This document shows positions 38,404 to 51,239 of a stretch of DNA of 64,000 nt, piece by piece. The stretch's first letter is position 1, and every line of letters starts with the position of its first letter. Source of the DNA: Eledone cirrhosa (taxonomy: Eukaryota); NCBI GenBank assembly GCA_964016885.1, contig OZ024745.1:116994001-117058000 (forward strand), given 5' to 3'. The translations under genes were made by a program, and so were the position numbers. The notes beneath the pieces were generated by a model, which saw only the letters and a list, made by a program, of their open reading frames with translations, was not told where the DNA came from and made no database searches.

Positions 38404-40300
38404 CTCTGTAGTTAGACAACATATAGTAATGTGCTAGAGTTGTCTGTTGATGTTGAGAAACCAGGTGGTTGAGGATCCAGAGCTCACATTTGAAGCTATT
38501 GACCTGGAGACCCCAACAGCCAAGCTCCTCAATCCTTTTGTTAGCAGTGGCAAGAACCCAATCCGAAGGTCCCCCCCAAACAAGCGTCATCAAGATACCA
38601 GACATTGAGGTCCAACTCAACCTCCATCTTGGTGATGTCATCAATGCCCAGTGCAAACAGAGCAGGCCAAGTAGGTCGTCCTGTTGGACTCCCGAGGCAG
38701 AGATGATGATTTAGTCACCAAAGGAGAGGTAGGAGGGCTCCTCATAAGCATGCCAAGCAAAGTGGTAGAGCTGTGGGACCTTCTCCCTTACTGAGCTGAG
38801 GACGACTTTGCAGCTGACGGAGTTGAATGCGTTCTTGAGGTCAAGTTTGAGGATGACCCTGGGTGCCATGGAGAGAAAGTTGGTAAAGGCTCTGGTAGTA
38901 TGGGCAGCAGCCTCACATCCAAGCTTGGTACCCACCCCTAGCTGTATGGTGGAAAATTCCTCCACCAGTGAGTAAGAGACCAATAGCAAACACACCTTTG
39001 TAGTGAGACAGCAAAGTGTACAACCAGCCACAATGGGGCACAGGTTTACTAGTGAGACTGAATAATTTTGTACCAAAGAACAGTGGGCGGATATAAGGGA
39101 GAACGTTTACTGAAGAGAACTGATTCACAAACTGAGTCAGACTCTCCAAGAGCTCAAGTCCAGCGTCACCGACTGATAAAGAGATACAATCCTTGAGGTG
39201 CTGAGGTCGAAGGCCATCAATCTCTGTGCCTGAACCAGTGGGGAAGGATGTAATCACCTTTCTGATGTTATCAGTGGTGTAGACTGGTCTCAAGTATTCT
39301 GGTGGTTTTGACCAGTGTAACTGATCATCTGGGGGTGCCGATGGGTGCTTATCTTTCAGTTGCTTAAGAGTATCAAAGTTACATGGAGTGAGGGAGGACA
39401 GAGAAGAGAGAAGACGGATAGCCCCCTTAATGTCAAATTCGCTGTATTTGGCATTAACAGCACGCTTGAGGTTTATCAGTGTCCTGTTGGAAGGCATCGA
39501 GCGATTTCAAACTGAGGTGAGAAGTGGTTGGGGTGGACTCAGACAGCTGGAACTGTTGCTTGAGAGAGGACGTGAGGGAGCCCAATTTCAAATTGTGCAT
39601 ATGAAGAGAGAGGAAAGGGAACAAAAACAGTTTCTGCCAGTCAGACGTATTGTTGGATAGACAAACATTTTTCAATAGATTGGAGAGGTCACGTGCAAAG
39701 CTATTCTGAGCATGAGCTTCAATTTGGAGAAACCCTGGATGGCTGCAGCAAAGTCCTTGGTAGAGAGCTGGTCACCAAACCATGGGAAATTTCCACAGTC
39801 TATGTCAGAGTTAAAGTGGCACTGATTACAGGTCCAGTATTGAAGCCTTTCGGCTGAGCCTTGGTGATGCCAACACAGCTCCTGTGGTAGCTTTGGTAGC
39901 ACAGGTGACATTTAATTGTCTTTAGGTACAGGCTATAGCAGGCACAGAGAGCACAATCAGGTGGTGAGCTGGAAGTGACCAATGGTAGAGGGCCAATGTT
40001 GGAATTCGAGCGAGGGAGTGAACTAGTAAAAGAGGCAAGGTAAGCAGCATTAGTTCTAATGGTGGGACTAGAATAGAGGTTGGGTGGTGCTGGGGCTGGG
40101 CTAACAGTTGTAGAAATGGTGGGGTTTGCAGGATTAATTCCATTCGGAACCTGCGGTGGAGAGGAGGGGGGATAGGTGGAGATAAGTTAGCTCCTCTTGT
40201 GCATGCCGGAGTTGGTGGAGAATGAGAGGTCAAAGGCTGACCTGTTGTCACATAGTCGTTCCAACAAACAGGTCTCTTGGTCGTTCAACGCAAGGTGATA
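38404..40300 (-). mobile_element. CRE-clade retrotransposon, 5' half (PHD-like finger + RT), 3'-truncated
   Basis: GIDGLRPQHLKD-like motif, QLGVGTKLGCEAAAH, KLDLKNAFNS, VQQDDLLG and a decayed YLDD. N-terminal C..C...KCHLCYQSYHRSC...WTCNQC. Confidence 0.85.
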
Positions 40301-41450
40301 GATCTTTTGTTGTTTGTTTTTTAATTAATTTTTCCATGTTTTCTTTTCTTTTTCTTTTGTTTGTAAATGCAACCCGCATGTTGTAAGAGTGGTTGAATTA
40401 CTGCAGTGTTAATGCTTCAGTGTGTGGAAGCAGAAATCATATCTTGTTCAGAGATGCACTGGCACCAACCACATAATTATGGAGATAACGTTAAAATCTA
40501 TAATAAATTGTGGAATTTTCTAGCTTTTATCTGATAAGGCTAAATAGGCTTTTTGCTGTGTTACCTTAGGGCTATTTAAGTAAATATTTCAGTTTTTGAT
40601 TTCTTGTTTGTGGTTGTATGTGTTGCTTATGATGCTACTGACTTAAGCAGAGCCCTAAAAAAACACGCCCAACATAGGGTGGTTGAATATATATACTATG
40701 GAGCATTTAAATCTTAACATCTTGTAATGATTTAACAGAAAATATCCGAAAATAGGTTTGTTAATTTAAATGTTTATAGTAGCTATACTAGTTAACAGAT
40801 CATTGGGGGAAATTGCAGTAAACTAAAGTAAAGACTTTAATGTGATGCAGTCAAAGTACTGTTTTAAACTTTTCAAGAATGTTTGGCTAATAATGAGGTT
40901 TCATGTGGTACAGGACATTAGAGTTACTCTGTCACTATTTCTGTCAAATTAATCAATCTTGATAATCTCAATGACAGTCATTTCAGATAAACCAACTTGA
41001 AGAGAGTTATATCATTTTTATTAAATAATTCTGAAGGTAATGAAAAAATTTGTTTCAATTATTTGTCTTATCTCATATGATAATTGAACATTTATATCTC
41101 ATCTGCTTAGTCATGAAACTGAAACAATGACCCATTACCCAAATGCTCTTCAGGGCTCTTACAGACATTTAAATAAATTAGATATTGAGAACATCATAGA
41201 GTAGAAGATACACCGTCAGCAAATTAAATTTTTAATCCAGTTTCACTTTCTTATTTATTCACTGCTATTACCCTTTTTATACACACTTCATTAAAAAAAA
41301 TTACAAATTTCAGCCAACAAAATAGAGAAATTGGAAATTTGGTGCTATATCAAAGTTTGAGCTTGTTAACTCAATAAATATCTACATTTTTTTACCATTG
41401 TATTTTTATAGTCAATAAACTAACTACAATTTGAATTTAAAAGGATTTAC

Positions 41451-41612
41451 CTTTTGTTTTTATTTTTCCCTTTAAAAGGAATCCAAATATACTCAGGATT
41501 TGTTGGGCTCCAAAAATGTTTATTTTCAGAAGGGGATTCTTCATTCAAAATATGACTTTCAACAATGCTTACATTTTTCTTTTTCTGTCTGTGACATTTA
41601 ACAGCATTGAAA
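41451..41612 (-). CDS. Candidate host exon (FNAVKCHRQKKKNVSIVESHILNEESPSENKHFWSPTNPEYIWIPFKGKNKNK)
   Basis: Acceptor tttctatttatttAG, donor AAG|GTaaat. 162 nt symmetric phase 2-2, fully open, unique sequence. Confidence 0.55.
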
Positions 41613-42714
41613 CTAAATAAATAGAAATATATACAACAATACAACAGAAATGTCATTGAAAATTATCTAAAAGGTCATTATGATTTAATAAATCAAATAC
41701 ATTAAAATATTATTTAAAATACATAATAAAATCTAGCAGAGCAAACTGTTTAACTGTGATTGGATAAATGCTTCACTGCAGTAACATTGAAGACCCTCAA
41801 TTTGTTTATGTTGTATTGACTTTAGCATTAAAACCTAAACACATCATTTATACAGAGTTACTACTACCGAATCTAAAATATTACCTCTTTACAGCAACTA
41901 TTTATAACTTATTACACAGAATCATTAACCACAAAAGAGTTTCATACATTCAATTATAGTAAGGAGTGAAGAATTCAATGTTTAGACTCTTGTCCTTCCT
42001 CTGAGTGTTGCTTTGGTTGTAGGCAAATATACATGTCATTAATAGAAGGTTGATAAGATAGAGAACCAGAAAGGTACTGGGGTTAATCTAATTGATTTCC
42101 CCTCCCCCCCAAATTGCTGGCTTTGTGCCTGTTAGAAACAATTGATATTAAAGTGGTTTTACCAAGGACAGTGTAATGCTTGCAACATCATACATTCATA
42201 CATGCCACCAAACCTTTCAGTGGTAGCCAATATCCTATCAATTTAATCATATGCAGCTCTACTTATATACAAGTTAAGCAATGTAGCTAAAGTATTATTC
42301 TAAGATCAATTTCTGCAGGATACAGAGTTATATTTACATTGATAAAATTGATTAGCCTGATACCTAGTTAAGAACATTTCAAAATTGGTTACAAAACAAT
42401 AAAATTATTTTTACCAATATTTTCTTATATTGATATCAAGCCTCAGATTTATCAAGAGTTAATGGAATGCTTCAATCTTCATGTACTTCTTAATATTAGT
42501 AAAATTGTATTGAATTTGTAATGAAAATTACGCCGTGGACTTGGTTTGACAGAAGCTTATACTATTTAGTGTTTGCCACTAACCATTTTGGTATTACAAA
42601 TGGAAATACATTCCTATTAGCCCTCTAAATTGCATTTATAAGACTTACATTCAAGTTATAACAAATAGAATTTTTTTAAATCTTTAATAAAAATCAACCA
42701 CAAGAACAAACAGC

Positions 42715-42970
42715 CTTTAAAAAGAACTGTTCACCTACTGATTACCTGTAAACAGAGCCGTTCACCTATTGATTACCTTTAAAAAGGGCTGTTCACCTAT
42801 TGATTACCTTTAAAAAGGACTGTTCACCTACTGATTACCTGTAAAAAGGACTGTTCACTTATTGATTACCTTTAAAAAGGACTGTTCAACTATTGATTAC
42901 CTTTAAAAAGGACTGTTCAACTATTGATTACCTTTACAAAGGACTGTTCACCTACTGATTACCTTTAAAC
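42715..42970. repeat. 31-bp minisatellite, 8 copies
   Basis: ctttaaaaaggactgttcacctattgattac in tandem. Confidence 0.95.
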
Positions 42971-43129
42971 AGTCAACCAGCTCAACAAAAAAGTCACAGA
43001 ATACAACAGGCCCCTTACATTTACTTTCGTTGACTCAGTATAAATGGAACTGGTCAAAAACAGATACTCTTCAGCATAATTACAACAAGTGCAAGTTGAT
43101 CATACAATTACACAGAGATTCTAAACCTT

Positions 43130-44600
43130 TCCAACTAGAGAAAGGAATCTGATAATGGGAACCATCGCACCAAAGTTCATTACAGCATGCCAATATCAGT
43201 TTTCCTCAAACTAGATATGGAATCAATACAAATCAAGGAACACCTGAGTCATTTGAGATTTCCTAATGATATCCTTTTTTTTTCAGCAGTCTGGACCAAT
43301 TGCAGGAAATGCCCAAAGAGCTCAATAATGCAAACAAAATGGTTGCATCATTCAAATAATGGGAAAATTAAAAACTTGATAAAGAAATTTACATAATAGA
43401 CAAGAATAGATCTGGACAGATTTTACAGGCAAAACCAACTGGCAGAAGACCCAGGGGTAGACCTTGAGCAAGATGGTTGGATAACATACATGAGCTCGGC
43501 TGGTCTCGCTTAGGGATCCAGCTGGACCAGTTGGAGACAGTTGCTTCTGACAGGACCTGCTGGAAGGAGTGTTTGAGGACTCTGCCCCCACGGCCCTCTC
43601 AGGAATAAGTGAACGAAGAAGAAGAAGAAGAAGAAGAAGAAGAAGAAGAAGAAGAAGAAGAAGAAGAGCAGCAGCAGCAACAACAGCAACAGCAACAACA
43701 ACAACAAGATGAGAATAAGTCCATCCAGCAGATTGACCGTTATACTTATTATACTTCCGTCAACACATCTCAGCAATCCCATCCAAAGTAGAGGAGCACA
43801 AGAATCCCTATGGAGTGGCAACCTTTCAACTATGACAGCTCAATCTTCAAGTTAAATACACCATAATTCTGAAGAGAAGAGTAGTCAACAAATGCACACT
43901 ACCAATATTTACATATGGCCAGCAACTGCAGAGGATATGTAATGGCTGGAGAGAAATGAAGCAAGTATGCTCCGTTGGATGTGAAATGTCAATGTGTGTG
44001 AACGACCACCAAGCATAGACAAGTTGAGAGAGAAACTGTGTATAAGAGGGATAAGCTGTAGTTTGTGGGAAAGAAGACTGCGTTGGTATGGACATGTGAT
44101 GCACATGGAGGATGACCACTGGGTAAAGAAGTACCAAGAAATCCCAGTAGAAGTAGACCAGGTGGTGAGAGCAGACCTCAGATCGTTGAAGCTCACAGAG
44201 GAGATGACGAAAGAACGTGACAAATGGAGAGATGCTGTGCTAAATAGGACCCGTCCCACCCTTTCAAGCAGGGAGAAGCGGGCGTATGATGATGATGATG
44301 ATGATGTTTAGAGACCAAGAATCTGCCAAAAAACGTTCATCTGAAAACAGTGCAATGAGACCACAAAAGAGTGTGATGGTCAACATCACATGGGAAGTCA
44401 AGTAAACAGCACAGTAGGTGTGGGAGCAGATAGTTGTTGTTTGTAACATTCTCTAAGATAAACAAGTTCAAAGAGAACTAGGCAGGCCACATGGTGAGAA
44501 TGACAACAAATAGGCCTCTAAATTAACCAACTGGTTCTCCAGAAATTACAAACAGACAAAAAAAAAAAGAAAAAGGAAAGAAAAGGAGCCAATTATCAGA
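43130..44600 (+). mobile_element. Cluster of RTE fragments with a (GAA)n/(CAG/CAA)n tail
   Basis: LSHLRFPNDI (RT); a 3' fragment at 43420-43610; RRLRWYGHVM at 43910-44306. Confidence 0.8.
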
Positions 44601-44898
44601 TAGAACCAAAGAAAGTATGTTTTCATTGGTCTTTCCATATCTGATAGTATCTGCCAGTTGCAACTCCCAACAGAGGCATCACCACTTTTTCAGTGGCAGG
44701 GCACAGGATTTTAAATCAAAAAGCACAGAGCTAGAAGAAATATCACAAAGCATCCCATCCAACTCATTAACAATTGGATTGGTTCTTTATTTATCAACCC
44801 CAAAAGGATGAAATGGAAAGTCGACTTCAATGAAATTTGAACTCAAAGAGCAGAGATCCAAAACAAATACCCAGACATTTAATCTGACACTCTAATAA

Positions 44899-45051
44899 TT
44901 GTTTCTACTTTTGGAACAAGGCCAGCAATTACCCAGTGTATTACTGGTACTTTATTTTATTGACCCCCATAAGGATGAAAGGCAAAGTTAACCTCGGCAG
45001 GATTCGAACTCAGAACGTAAAGGGCCATAACTCTATGTTGCAAAGCATGAG
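44899..45051 (-). mobile_element. SINE family 1 (5'-truncated) inside an older related SINE
   Basis: TSD actctaataa (44889-44898 / 45052-45061). Flanks 44690-45080 are a diverged copy of the same core. Confidence 0.8.
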
Positions 45052-46639
45052 ACTCTAATAACGACTGTCAGTTTGCCACGGTCATGAATGAACCTTATAG
45101 CAAGACAACCTTGACAAATTCAGAATATGATAATGGAGAGCAGCACAAGACTGAAACAAGTGGCAACAGCTTGGAAAGGTCTTCACCCAACAATGCCTGA
45201 AGATATTAATACTAATGTGACTACTAATAGATGAACTTAATTTAGAACATTAGCTTCTTGAGTTTTCTTTAACAACAAAAGCCAAATTAAGTTTATTTAA
45301 ACTTCTTTAATGACAATTAACAAAAGATATTTTAATTTGATTAGTGTGCAAATGTTTTAAGCATAATTTGAATGTGTAAGAGTTAAATATAATAAATATT
45401 TTTTGTTGAGATTTTATGTCAACAGACTTTTCAACAAATCTTCCATATCATTTGTAGTGATGCTTTATATAGTATTAGAATGATCAATTTTTCAGAAAGG
45501 TTACATTTATTTATAACATTTATAAAAATGCCACCTTTCCAGTTCATAATAAATGTAACATCCTAAAAACAGTCTTGGAGAACAGTTGAAGTAGATTTGA
45601 CCTTTCTCAGAAAAATAAATTAATCTTTTCTCTGCTTATGAACCATGATTCCTAGAATATTATTTTAAAATAGCTTTCTTGTAGCTTTGTACCGACTTTG
45701 GCAAATCATTATATCTGCTTTCTACTTATTATAAGGTATAATTCCTACCAACATACTTAGCTCAATAAATTACATGCTAAGATAAGGGAAAATATTGAAG
45801 AGCAGGCATCATAAATAAAATTATATTCTATTTCCTATCTTACTGTTACATTTTCTCCAGTCATGCTATTTTGGACCCACTCATACTTTGACACAAGCTC
45901 AGGAAATTGTAAGAGAGGAATATATATGATTGAATTAATTCCAGTTGACAATAAATGTATGGTATTTATTTTCTAGACTCTGGAAAGATGAAAGCAAAGT
46001 TAACCCTGATAGAATTTGAACTTGGAATGTAAAAGGATTCAAGTGAATAATGGAAGACAAGCAATTGTTTTTGCCATCTCAATGTATTTTGTTAACTAAT
46101 ATTAGTTCCAAACTTGTTTGGAAAGAGGTAGACTTTATCATTCATATTTAAGTACTGTAAGTTCATTTTCTATAAACTATAATCATAAAAGTTAAACATA
46201 GATGTTAAACAAAATATTATGTCACACAATAATAAGTTCTGATTTTTAACCATATAGAAAATGTTTCAGAGTTTTTATAGTTAGTTCCAATATTCACTGA
46301 CTTCAGAGAAATATTATATCATATATTTTCAGTTGTTTTCGTCCATTTCAACTGCTTTCAATAACATCCAGAAGCTCTATTATAGTCACAAAACTCGTTT
46401 TACCTCATTAAACTAAACTCAATGAAACTAAAGGATGAAATATTTCAAAATTGATCCTTACCAAATGCAGTTCCAATCTCCTAAGATCACTTTGAATAAA
46501 TTAATCATTAATTATTATTTGTATAGTATAGGCTATTTAGAAATATAGATCTTGTTAGGCTAAAATTATTGATAAACCATCTAGGAGATTGATAAAGGGA
46601 TGAGCAATAATATCATTATTATGTTTTAATTAAGGAGGA

Positions 46640-48145
46640 AACATTACATATTGCAGCAATAACAGCCTCTAACCTCCATTGAACATCTTTCACTGAAGTA
46701 CACAATATTTCTTGGGGAATTTCTTTCCAAACACTCAGTAAATATGCCTTTAAATCATCAACTGTCTTATTAAATTTTGAACAGGCTTTCTCTTCAAGGA
46801 TAGATAATACTGAAAAGTCCATAGGGTTCAAATCAGGTGAACAAGGAGACCACATTTCTTTTGACCAGAACTACGGAAGATGGTCTCTGCACCAAGCTTG
46901 TGTGATATTTGCTGTATGGGAGGTGGCTCAATCCTGTTGGGAGGTCTACAGACAATCATTCATCATCATCATTTCATCATTTCATTTTACGTCCACTTTT
47001 CCCTGCTTGCAAGGGTGGGACGGGAACTGATTCTGGCTTGATTTCTACAGCTGGATGCCCTTCCTAACACCAACCTCATTTACAGTGAGTGCTGGGTGCT
47101 TTTTTGCCGTGGCACCTCCATGACCACTTTGCAGTGGAATGATAGGGACCCCAGTCCCTATCATCTCATTTCTACAGCGCTGAATAAACTGGAGCAATGT
47201 GAAATAAAGTGTCTTGCTCAAGGAAACAACACATCACCTGGTCTGAGAATTGAACTCACAACCTTTCGATTGCAAGGCCAATGCTCTAACCACTAAGCCA
47301 AAATGATTAGTTGCAGAAGCAGGAAAAGGCTCCAGAATACCGTTTATGTAAGATTGGGAGCTGATTTTTGTCCTTTCTTCCACAAAATGAGAGAAAACTA
47401 TTAAGATGATGAAACAACCCCAATCCCCAGACTATAACAGAAGCTGGTTTTATTATATGGAATACAGATTTGGGGTCAACACTGATTGCTGATGCTTATT
47501 TTCCAATCACTTAATCATTTCTTTGGTTGTGTGCCTGCCCAATAGTGAAAGTCTTTTCATCTGACCAGACAATTTCCCCTGGGGTGCCATGTTTCCTTTC
47601 TTTAAGCAAATTCTTGCTTCTCTCTAGCCTTTTTTTCTTTTTCTTTTCAGAAAGGGTTTGTCTCTTCTGAAGGGTGAAGGAAGACATTCCCAAGTATTCA
47701 TTGATGATTCTTCTCATTGTCCTAGGGCTTTCTCGGACCTCTTTTACCATTTTTCTCATGGACCTTTATAGATTTCTTCTTATCCTTTCTCAAAAGGCTT
47801 TAACGAGAGTAGGAGTCCATTTAGTTTGCAGTCTTCCACTCCTGGGTCTATTTGACAAATCTCCTTTCTCTTTAAAACGTTTCACAGCTTTCCAAACAGT
47901 AGACCTTGCAACCAAAAGTAACTTCGCTATATTCAAATCTGACCTCCCTGCACAATGAAATTTGAGAATCATTTCTCTATTGGATGACATGTTCAAATTC
48001 TTTAAGAAATTCAAACAAAGTCCAATATGTTTACATAGACTAATGTTTTAACCTGATTAATAAAAGAAGATTAATGATATACTTACAACACTTTTCGAAA
48101 TCAAATTTCAAAAATTTGCTTCCAAACTTATGCCTCACCCTGGAG
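46640..48145 (-). pseudogene. Tc1/mariner DD37D (maT) transposon relic, interrupted by RTE-tail/SINE pieces at 46955-47300
   Basis: HTH N-terminus (47790-48014), WSDEKTF, QQD...SPDLNPMD with 37 positions between the second and third D. TIR-like cagggtgaggcataagtttgg at ~48146. Confidence 0.88.
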
Positions 48146-49424
48146 GTACGCTCTTGTGGCTTGTGTTGTTGTTGTTGTTTAGCCCCCCTTCTCCTATGTC
48201 AACCTTGCTTGAGTGAATCTATGATAAAAAACATTCCTCTTGTGACTATCCCATCTTTTATTCAAACATAACATTTCCTGGGTTACATTATCTAAAGTGT
48301 TCTTCTATTCTTTTTGTTTTGTTATTTTTAAAGTGCGAGTTTGAAAGAAATTTGGCTGCTATTTCTTGCAGATCTAACAACCATGTAATGCTTCCTTATT
48401 GCCTGAGCCTCAGGAGTCAATAGTACAGGTACTTAACTCTGATGTCTGTAGCTTTAATTAAATGACACACAAACTTTCTTATTAGATAGTATGCTAGTCT
48501 ATCACAAGTGATATTCCCAGAATTTCTAAAACCGATTCTAACAGATAAATAACATGAAAACAGAATAGATGATAGTGAACACACAAACCCATAATCTAGT
48601 TGTAATGCACCTGAGCACTGTACACACTAATTTCATTATTATTATTAGTAGTAGTAGTAGTCCAATCCCATATGTTTTTTTTATAATTTTTTATATTGAT
48701 TTTATATGGAACACAATATGGTGATGAGAGAAAAAGAGACAAATGAGATGAGAATGCTTGATTAAAGGTGGTACAATACATCCTGCTCTGAGGAGCAGAA
48801 GCCACTGTTCAAGAGGCAAAGGAGACAACACAGTCAATGGAAGGATACATGGTTTAATTCTTATTTGTTGGCTTATTTCCTATCTGAAACTGGTGAATAA
48901 ACTGTTTAATATGTTGATAAGAAATATTTTGCAAGAAAGGAAATTAAATAACAGAGTTAAGAGTATTAACATACCCTATAAATAACCATTTCAAGCACTG
49001 AGATACTGACAGCTTCTGAATAATTCATAGCTAGCAATAGGTACTTAGTGTTGGCCAGGTTAATAATTCTCAAACAACTTTATTCACTCCTCAGCATATT
49101 TAGAGCTCCTGGTACACAGAGTCTCTGCTCTCTTCCTAATAGAGATGTAATTGGAAGCATGTTAACATGCATATTACAAGATTGCTCATCATGTTATCAA
49201 ACAATAAATGAAATACTTAGATAGTAATTAATATTCCAATGATATATTTCAAACCAAACAAATCTCTGCAGCAGTGAATTCTTTAAATAATTTTATTACT
49301 TTTTATTGATATTTATGAAAAACATCCTACAAAATATTGACCATGAAATAAATCACAAAACAGCTATCAATTTCCATATGAAGTATATATAGATATGTGA
49401 TGTTCGAACAAGTATCCTCTACCT

Positions 49425-49545
49425 CCAACTAACTTACCCTCTGCCTCTGGGTCCTAGCCGACAGAATGGAGAATGCAGTGCCCCAGAGGATGGTAAGGGA
49501 GACGCGCTGGAACAGCCACTCCACCTCGCAGGGCTCACAAATCAC
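49425..49545 (-). mobile_element. CRE retrotransposon extreme 3' fragment
   Basis: Minus strand reads CEPCEVEWLFQRVSLTILWGTAFSIL, homologous to 6630-6710. Confidence 0.8.
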
Positions 49546-51239
49546 AAGTTCTCAAAGGTCAAACTTGCTGCTTTAAATTACAAACTCTGGAAAAATCTAT
49601 TATTTTGAATTCAAATGAAATAATTAATGAACTTAGGTAGTTTCCTTTCAGTGCATCTTACTTAATAAGGCATACTAAGATCAATAGAAAGGTTGTGCAT
49701 TTAAAACAAATAACTCGTTTTCAGACTCCACTCATTGTCATGCCTCTTTAGTGTTGGCCATTTGCCTTTGCATGGCACCCAATAGAATGCTATGTCCAAA
49801 CTGGAATGAACTGAGTTAGATGAAGGGGGCAAAAAGAGAACAAAGGGTATCACAATATTTTCATTTCAAGGTGGTAAGTCTCTAATTTGGAATACAATAT
49901 GCAATGATACTTTCACCAATAAACTACCTTGTGATCATCATCCATTTTTCCACACTAGCATGTCAAACCAAAATGATATTTTAAAAAGATCTTTCTACTG
50001 GTTCTTTGTGGTAACACATTTGCAATTGTGTCAGCAGCTGGGACCACAAAACATTTGTATGACTCATTATCATATAAAATAAAATTCTACATGTACTCAA
50101 ATTCTACTAAATAAATCATTCAAAATATTTGGTAGACTTTATATGTTCAGTTCTTAGTTTCTCATTTGCTACATTTACTAAGTTATTATGCAGAAAGCTA
50201 ATCTATATTCTAAAACTGCATCATTTATACATAGAGACTAAGTCTATGTATTGTGTGTTTACCCAATGAACGATGAAAAGAAAACACATAAATTGACACG
50301 GCTTATAAAATAAAGTCTGAAGAAAATATAACATTCATTAGTGATGTCTGTATCTATGAGAATTGAGAACTAAAGTGGTGTGTGTTATTGAACTGGGAGA
50401 TCAAATAGAGACTATCAGTTGAGTCAGTGCCCTTCATCAGAGAAGAAAGTTTTCTATGCCAAAAAAAGGATGCTGCAACAAAATTAGTGTCTACCGCAGA
50501 AACAACACAATACAAACCACTTCAGTTCTCAATCAATAGAAAATAAAGCGTCTTTTTACATGTACAATCACATTTGCCCAAATATCTTTATAATTTTATG
50601 AACATATTCATCAAAATAGCTTTATACTTTTATAAACATCTTTGCTAAAATACATTCATATTTATATAAATGTTATGCTTCTTTCTTTTATTGAATCAAT
50701 ATCAAACTGTTTACAACTAAAATAGTCCCAAACAACTATTAGCAAGTGATGCCAGACAGTTAAAATGAAAATCATTAAATTTTCGATATATATTTTCTCT
50801 AATTATAAACAAGAAATGATGTAAACTAAACATTTGAATAAATACAATAACCTCTTTGAAAATTCAATATTTATTATTATTATTATCTTATTAAAATTTT
50901 GCTTGTGTTTCGTCCATTCGTAATGCACATTGTGCTTTAGTTACATACACACACATCTACACATAAATACATAAGCAGATACACAGACAATAGAAGTGCA
51001 AACACACACACTCATCTACACATACATATTCATAAATAGATGCATCAACAAAATAATTATTACCTACACACACATCTATGTAATGACTGAGGAAGGAAGG
51101 GGCTGGTGAAATGCTATAGCAATGAGGTCTCCAAGATTAGCTACACTTGTGTGAGTGTATGTGTGTTTATACATTTGTATTTATATACTCATACATATAA
51201 ATGTATACATATAAATGTATACATACACACACAATTGTA

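Noticed and set aside
42715-42970. 31-bp repeats of CRISPR-repeat size (also the 30-bp array at 20197 and 49-bp array at 4817)
   Set aside because: Head-to-tail with no spacers; ordinary minisatellites.
43609-43791. PolyE/polyQ ORF
   Set aside because: It is the (GAA)n/(CAG/CAA)n tail of an RTE 3' fragment.
49433-49498. GC-rich hairpin as a possible ncRNA or pre-miRNA
   Set aside because: The minus strand is explained as CRE C-terminal coding sequence.
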